Program-made: the position numbers and the translations under genes
The notes under the pieces: generated by a model
The model's database searches: none
Told to the model about the DNA's origin: nothing
The model's input: only the letters and a program-made list of their open reading frames with translations
From: Eubacteriales bacterium
GTDB taxonomy: Bacteria > Bacillota > Clostridia > Oscillospirales > CAG-272
Direction: 5' to 3'
Assembly: GCA_045656885.1 (NCBI GenBank)
Contig: JAZORZ010000063.1
Span: 1 to 55,814, forward strand
DNA: 55,814 bases
Part shown: in pieces, positions 51,832 through 55,814 of the stretch
Layout: each line of letters starts with the position of its first letter
Position numbering within the stretch: position 1 is the stretch's first letter

Positions 51832-52365
51832 TTATTGGCATTTGTTTCTTTTGCGACTTCTTTTCCATTGATTGATTTTATCAAATACACCCAAACAGTG
51901 AAGTGCATAAAGCATCAATGAAGCAAGCGCCAAACCGCACACAAATGACATAATATTATCGCAAATATTCGCAGGAATCAAGCCGTTCAATCGTCCTTTG
52001 TGCTCATTTCCAAAAAGCAGATAACTAACAAGCATCAAGCAAATAGAGGAAGCCAACATTGTTCGCAATTTTTCTTTGCGTCTGTTAGTTTCTTCTGTCG
52101 TGTATTCTGCTACCTTTTTCAGGGTTTCTTTGGTTTCATTATTCATCTTCTCGCTTTTCCTTTCCCCATCTATTATTTCGCGGATGTCCACATCATAAAA
52201 ATCTGCAAGCTCTATGAGCATATCAATATCGGGCATATTACTACCGGTCTCCCATCGCGATATTGTTCTTGAGGATACGTAAAAATGCTCTGCAAACTGT
52301 TCTTGTGTCAATCCTTTTTCTTTGCGTAGGCATTTGAGAAATTTGCCTATTTTTTGTTGGTTCAT
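51832..52365 (-). CDS. XRE-family HTH regulator with C-terminal TM helices
   Basis: IGKFLKCLRKEKGLTQEQFAE...SRWETGSNMPD. AT-rich. Confidence 0.88.
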   Translation of the reverse strand: MNQQKIGKFLKCLRKEKGLTQEQFAEHFYVSSRTISRWETGSNMPDIDMLIELADFYDVDIREIIDGERKSEKMNNETKETLKKVAEYTTEETNRRKEKLRTMLASSICLMLVSYLLFGNEHKGRLNGLIPANICDNIMSFVCGLALASLMLYALHCLGVFDKINQWKRSRKRNKCQ

Positions 52366-52495
52366 TTGTCACCCCTCCTTGTGTCTAAATAATATCACAC
52401 CAAAATGCAAAACTCCACGACACAAAGCGAGAAATGCCGTGATTGATGGGTGACATCTTGTGTCCTGTCCGTGTATGATAAACTCTTTTTTCTTC

Positions 52496-52562
52496 CTTTT
52501 GTTCAAAAGTTTTTGAAAGGGGTGCAGGGGGAAACTTTTTCCTTAAAAAGTTTCCCCCTGCA
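52496..52562 (+). repeat. Repeat family A, partial copy (terminal hairpin only)
   Basis: TTGAAAGGGG-TGCAGGGGGAAACTTTTT-CCTT-AAAAAGTTTCCCCCTGCA. Confidence 0.75.
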
Positions 52563-52574
52563 ATCTTTTAAAAT

Positions 52575-53930
52575 TTACTCCTCATCATCCGCGTCGTCGG
52601 CAAAAACTTGTGCGAGCGTTTGGTGAGCGTGTGCTTCTTCTTTGGGAACGATGTCGCCTGCCTTGGTCAAGGCGATCTTGGTCAGCGCGGGGCCTACAAG
52701 CTCATAAACAAGGACACCAAAGAGAACGATGTTTCTTACGATGTAACCGTCGGCGAGGAGTGCGCCTGCAATGGCGGACATACCGAGAGCGACACCCGCT
52801 TGCGGGAAGAGGGTAATGCCGAGGTACTTCACAATGGATTTGCTGCAACCGGAGAGCTTTGCGCTTGCCGCTGCGCCGATATATTTACCGAGCGCACGGG
52901 AGAGCACGTAAACCACACCGATGATAACAACGGTCACCGAGCCGAAAATGCTCAAATCAAGCTCTGCACCGCTGAATACGAAGAAGAGAATGAGCACGGG
53001 CATGGTCCATTTATCGGTTTTTTCCATTAGCTCGTCTGCGCTGTCACAAATGTTGCAGAAGAGTGTACCCATCATCATACAAACAAGCAGGTTCGAGAAC
53101 GCGATCTCAATGCCAAAGGGCAGGAAGAACTCGAGCTGCGCGAGAGCAACTGTCAAAAGCACAAAGGTCAGGGTGATACAAAGACGCTTACTGTTGGATT
53201 GGAAGTGATCCTCTACAACCGAGAGGATCCAACCGGTCAGTGCGCCAAGCACCAACGAAAGGGTTACTTCAACCAAGGGGTTGATCAAAAGGGAAACGAT
53301 ACCAACGGCAGCCGCACCGCTTTCAAGCGCTTGAGCTATACCCATCGAAACGGCAAAGCAAACAAGACCAACCGCGTCGTCGAGTGCAACAACGGGGAGC
53401 AAGAGACTCGTCAAGGGACCCTTTGCCTTGTACTGCTTAACAACCATCATGGTTGCCGCAGGAGCGGTAGCGGTTGCGATTGCACCAAGGGTGATGGCAA
53501 CCGAAAGGGGAAGAACCTCCGGGCCAAGAATAAAATGCAAGCCGATGAGTGCGCCGTCAACCACAAGCATTGTAACAATGGCTTGCGCGCAACCAACAAT
53601 GGCTGCTTGGCGTCCCGTCTTTTTGAGCGAGGAGAGCTTAAACTCCGAGCCAATGGCAAACGCAATAAAGCCGAGGGCAACGTCCTGAACGATGGCGCCT
53701 GTGCCCTTGAGCGTTTCCTCCGAGGAGAACACGCCCGTAATACCGAGCGCACCAAGGCAGTAGGGGCCAATGAGTACGCCTGCAATCAAATATCCCGTGA
53801 CGGCAGGGAGCTTTAAGGGCTTAACGATACGCGAGAGCAACAAACCCATAAAGAGGGCAAGTGCCAAGCCGAACAAAACCTGCGAGCTTCCTCCCTCGGA
53901 GAAAGCACCCGAAAATGCTTCGTAAAACAT
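52575..53930 (-). CDS. Cation:proton antiporter (Na+/H+ exchanger family)
   Basis: LPAVTGYLIAGVLIGP, ALGFIAFAIGSEF, ATATAPAAT, VVALDDA, FFVFSGAEL, PQAGVALG. Confidence 0.9.
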   Translation of the reverse strand: MFYEAFSGAFSEGGSSQVLFGLALALFMGLLLSRIVKPLKLPAVTGYLIAGVLIGPYCLGALGITGVFSSEETLKGTGAIVQDVALGFIAFAIGSEFKLSSLKKTGRQAAIVGCAQAIVTMLVVDGALIGLHFILGPEVLPLSVAITLGAIATATAPAATMMVVKQYKAKGPLTSLLLPVVALDDAVGLVCFAVSMGIAQALESGAAAVGIVSLLINPLVEVTLSLVLGALTGWILSVVEDHFQSNSKRLCITLTFVLLTVALAQLEFFLPFGIEIAFSNLLVCMMMGTLFCNICDSADELMEKTDKWTMPVLILFFVFSGAELDLSIFGSVTVVIIGVVYVLSRALGKYIGAAASAKLSGCSKSIVKYLGITLFPQAGVALGMSAIAGALLADGYIVRNIVLFGVLVYELVGPALTKIALTKAGDIVPKEEAHAHQTLAQVFADDADDEE

Positions 53931-54081
53931 AATTAAAAATACCTTCTTTTATGCAAAAATATAAAGTCACAAAACATCGACTATTATACTCCCTTTGTGT
54001 GCTAATGTCAACCCCTAAAAGCATTTTTTTGTTTTTTTGTCAGCTTTGTCAAACAGAGGGGCAAAAACAGTCGCTTTTTGC

Positions 54082-54110
54082 TTGACATCGCACAGAAAAT
54101 ATGCTATACT
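54082..54110 (+). promoter_or_regulatory. sigA promoter
   Basis: TTGACA-17-TATACT with an extended TG. Confidence 0.75.
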
Positions 54111-54143
54111 TGATACAGAAAACCAAGTCGGAGGAACAGTACA

Positions 54144-54767
54144 ATGCTCAAAGTGGAACGCACATCCGTTATGAATATCGATAACGCCATTCGTGGCGCA
54201 CGCAACCCCATGAACAGCTGGGCAAAATCGGATAGCACATACGATGAGAACGGCAAGTTTATCATCGGCGCCGCTGACCTCGATTTTGGTCATCGCTTGG
54301 CGGTTGCAGGCAGCGACCACCGCAAATTTTTGCGTCAGGTGTTCGTTTCGGTTGACATCACCGCTCCTCTGTATTGGTGGAAGGAATTTGACACCTACAA
54401 GGTAGGCACGGTTGCCAACTCTACCTCGACCATGCACAAAATTCACGCCAAGGAATTCACCCGCGACGACTTTTCGCACGATCGCCTCGACGAGAGCGGG
54501 CTGAACATGCTCGATGCTATTATCGATTACCTCGAGTGTGAACGCCAAAAGTTCCTCGAGAACAAAGAGGACCGCCAAAGCTGGCACAACATGATTCAAA
54601 TGCTGCCGTCCTCTTACAACCAAATGCGTACCGTGACAATGAACTACGAAAACCTCATCAACATCTATTACGCGCGCCGCACTCACAAGCTCGCCGAGTG
54701 GCACACCCTTTGCGAGTGGATCGAATCTCTCCCTTGCGCCGCTGAATGGATTTGTGTGAGAGAGTGA
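54144..54767 (+). CDS. Conserved hypothetical protein, divergent ThyX-like fold
   Basis: DHRKFLRQVFVSVDITAPLYWWKEFDTYK...NSTSTMH and LPSSYNQMRTVTMNYENL...RRTHKLAEW. The layout parallels ThyX but the RHR motif is absent. Confidence 0.65.
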   Translation: MLKVERTSVMNIDNAIRGARNPMNSWAKSDSTYDENGKFIIGAADLDFGHRLAVAGSDHRKFLRQVFVSVDITAPLYWWKEFDTYKVGTVANSTSTMHKIHAKEFTRDDFSHDRLDESGLNMLDAIIDYLECERQKFLENKEDRQSWHNMIQMLPSSYNQMRTVTMNYENLINIYYARRTHKLAEWHTLCEWIESLPCAAEWICVRE

Positions 54768-54779
54768 TTTTAGAGATGA

Positions 54780-54958
54780 TGTGGGGGAACCTTTTTCGCG
54801 AAAAAGGGTTCCCCCGCACCCCCTCCAAAAAGCACTCGCACAAAAAGAAAAAGGATTCACTCCAAAGATACGGATAGACAGTAGGAGCGCACCACAAGGA
54901 TGCGCTTTTGCTGTCGCTAACTCGCAGGGGCCACCGAGACCCTGCTCGTTAAGAGATT
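54780..54958 (-). repeat. Dispersed structured repeat family A, copy 6
   Basis: Reverse orientation. 43-bp identity with copy 3. Confidence 0.85.
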
Positions 54959-54981
54959 ACAAAAAGAAAGGAGAAATTGCA

Positions 54982-55749
54982 TTGAAAATTACTTTTTTCA
55001 AAAACGAGCCCTCTCTTTATCTGCGCCGCTCTTTCTCTTGGGAGAATGCAAAGAAAGTCGATTTTAATTTCAATTTTAAAAAGCAAAAAGTACGTAGATG
55101 CATCGATGTATTGTCCATAATTTCCATGCTTGTTTTTGTGTGTTTCTTTTATTCTCAACTTGTAGAAATTTATTGGCTTTTCCTTGCCACACTTCTTTTA
55201 TGTCTCCCCGTGCACGAGTTATGCCACGCTGTTTTTTGTTGGATAGTCGGCAGGAAAGTGGAATGCATTTGCTTTTTTCCATATTCAAAGCTTCCCCTCA
55301 AAAAACAGCTTTCTCTTCCCTCGGCATACGTAAGATTGGTTTCCGGAGTTTGGCGGAAACACCAAGCTATTTTGTTTGCCGCATTTCCACTTATTTTGTT
55401 GTCAATTATTCCTGCAGTATTGGCTATCTTTATTTCTCCTTTAAGATATTTGCTATTATTCCTTTCCATTTATAATTTTGGGACTTCTTCTTTTGATATT
55501 TACGATGTGCTTTGTTTCATTCACGCACCTGCAAATTGTATTAACGTTGGCGATGTATGGCTGATTGCACAGGATAAAAGCAAGCCGATTGTGATACATC
55601 AAATATTTGTAACACCTGAGCTTGATAAAATACATCACGAGAGTTTTTCGTATTTCAACGGTCAACGCACTGAAATACAAGCGTACGACACTTCCGAAAC
55701 AGTAACGTTGAAACAAGAATTTCGACAACAATTTCATCTTGAACAATAA
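54982..55749 (+). CDS. DUF3267-like membrane zinc metalloprotease
   Basis: AAGGAG RBS before TTG 54982, HELCH (HExxH) within the TM region, later S..DIY. AT-rich. Confidence 0.7.
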   Translation: MKITFFKNEPSLYLRRSFSWENAKKVDFNFNFKKQKVRRCIDVLSIISMLVFVCFFYSQLVEIYWLFLATLLLCLPVHELCHAVFCWIVGRKVECICFFPYSKLPLKKQLSLPSAYVRLVSGVWRKHQAILFAAFPLILLSIIPAVLAIFISPLRYLLLFLSIYNFGTSSFDIYDVLCFIHAPANCINVGDVWLIAQDKSKPIVIHQIFVTPELDKIHHESFSYFNGQRTEIQAYDTSETVTLKQEFRQQFHLEQ

Positions 55750-55754
55750 CAAAA

Positions 55755-55814
55755 CGGGCGACCAATGGTCGCCCCTACGGATATTATGAAATTCATTGTA
55801 GGGGCGACCATTGG
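55755..55814. repeat. Inverted pair of GTAG-type REP-like palindromes (second copy truncated by the window edge)
   Basis: CGGGCGACCAATGGTCGCCC-CTAC, 19-bp spacer, GTAG-GGGCGACCATTGG. Same layout as 12050-12118. Confidence 0.8.

Noticed and set aside
54781-54981. N-terminal 67 aa of the 322-aa ORF, plus similar small ORFs at 11795, 51610, 6183 and 13536
   Set aside because: Translations of repeat family A. The real start is most likely TTG 54982 after an AAGGAG RBS.

Overview
The window looks like chromosome from a spore-forming Clostridia-type Firmicute (spoIVB, a sigG-type promoter, near-consensus sigA promoters, standard genetic code). It carries about 45 CDS. Housekeeping genes include asnS (partial), recG, a rodA/ftsW-family gene, pfkA, nagA, miaA and the yggS-sepF-ylmG-ylmH cluster. 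Carbohydrate genes include GH2, GH63-like, two GH3, glf, GT2, a GtrA-like protein and two SASA/CE6 esterases. There are also several transporters, tRNA-fMet, tRNA-Leu(TAA) and a purine riboswitch. No transposase, integrase, CRISPR array or phage module is visible. The most unusual content is non-coding. (1) A dispersed ~175-195 bp repeat (6 full copies, 1 partial) has stems that covary between copies. It sits 7-13 nt after stop codons, and inverted pairs of it bracket AT-rich accessory genes. (2) Two further palindromic repeat families are present: GTAG-type REP/REPIN-like units and a ~125-140 bp foldback. (3) A guanine-type riboswitch is wired as an ON switch ahead of an uncharacterised membrane protein and a nucleoside-kinase-like gene. 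(4) The tRNA-fMet 3' part is triplicated in a nested inverted arrangement. A ThyX-fold protein lacking the canonical catalytic motif is also notable. All calls come from reading the sequence by eye; no database searches were run.
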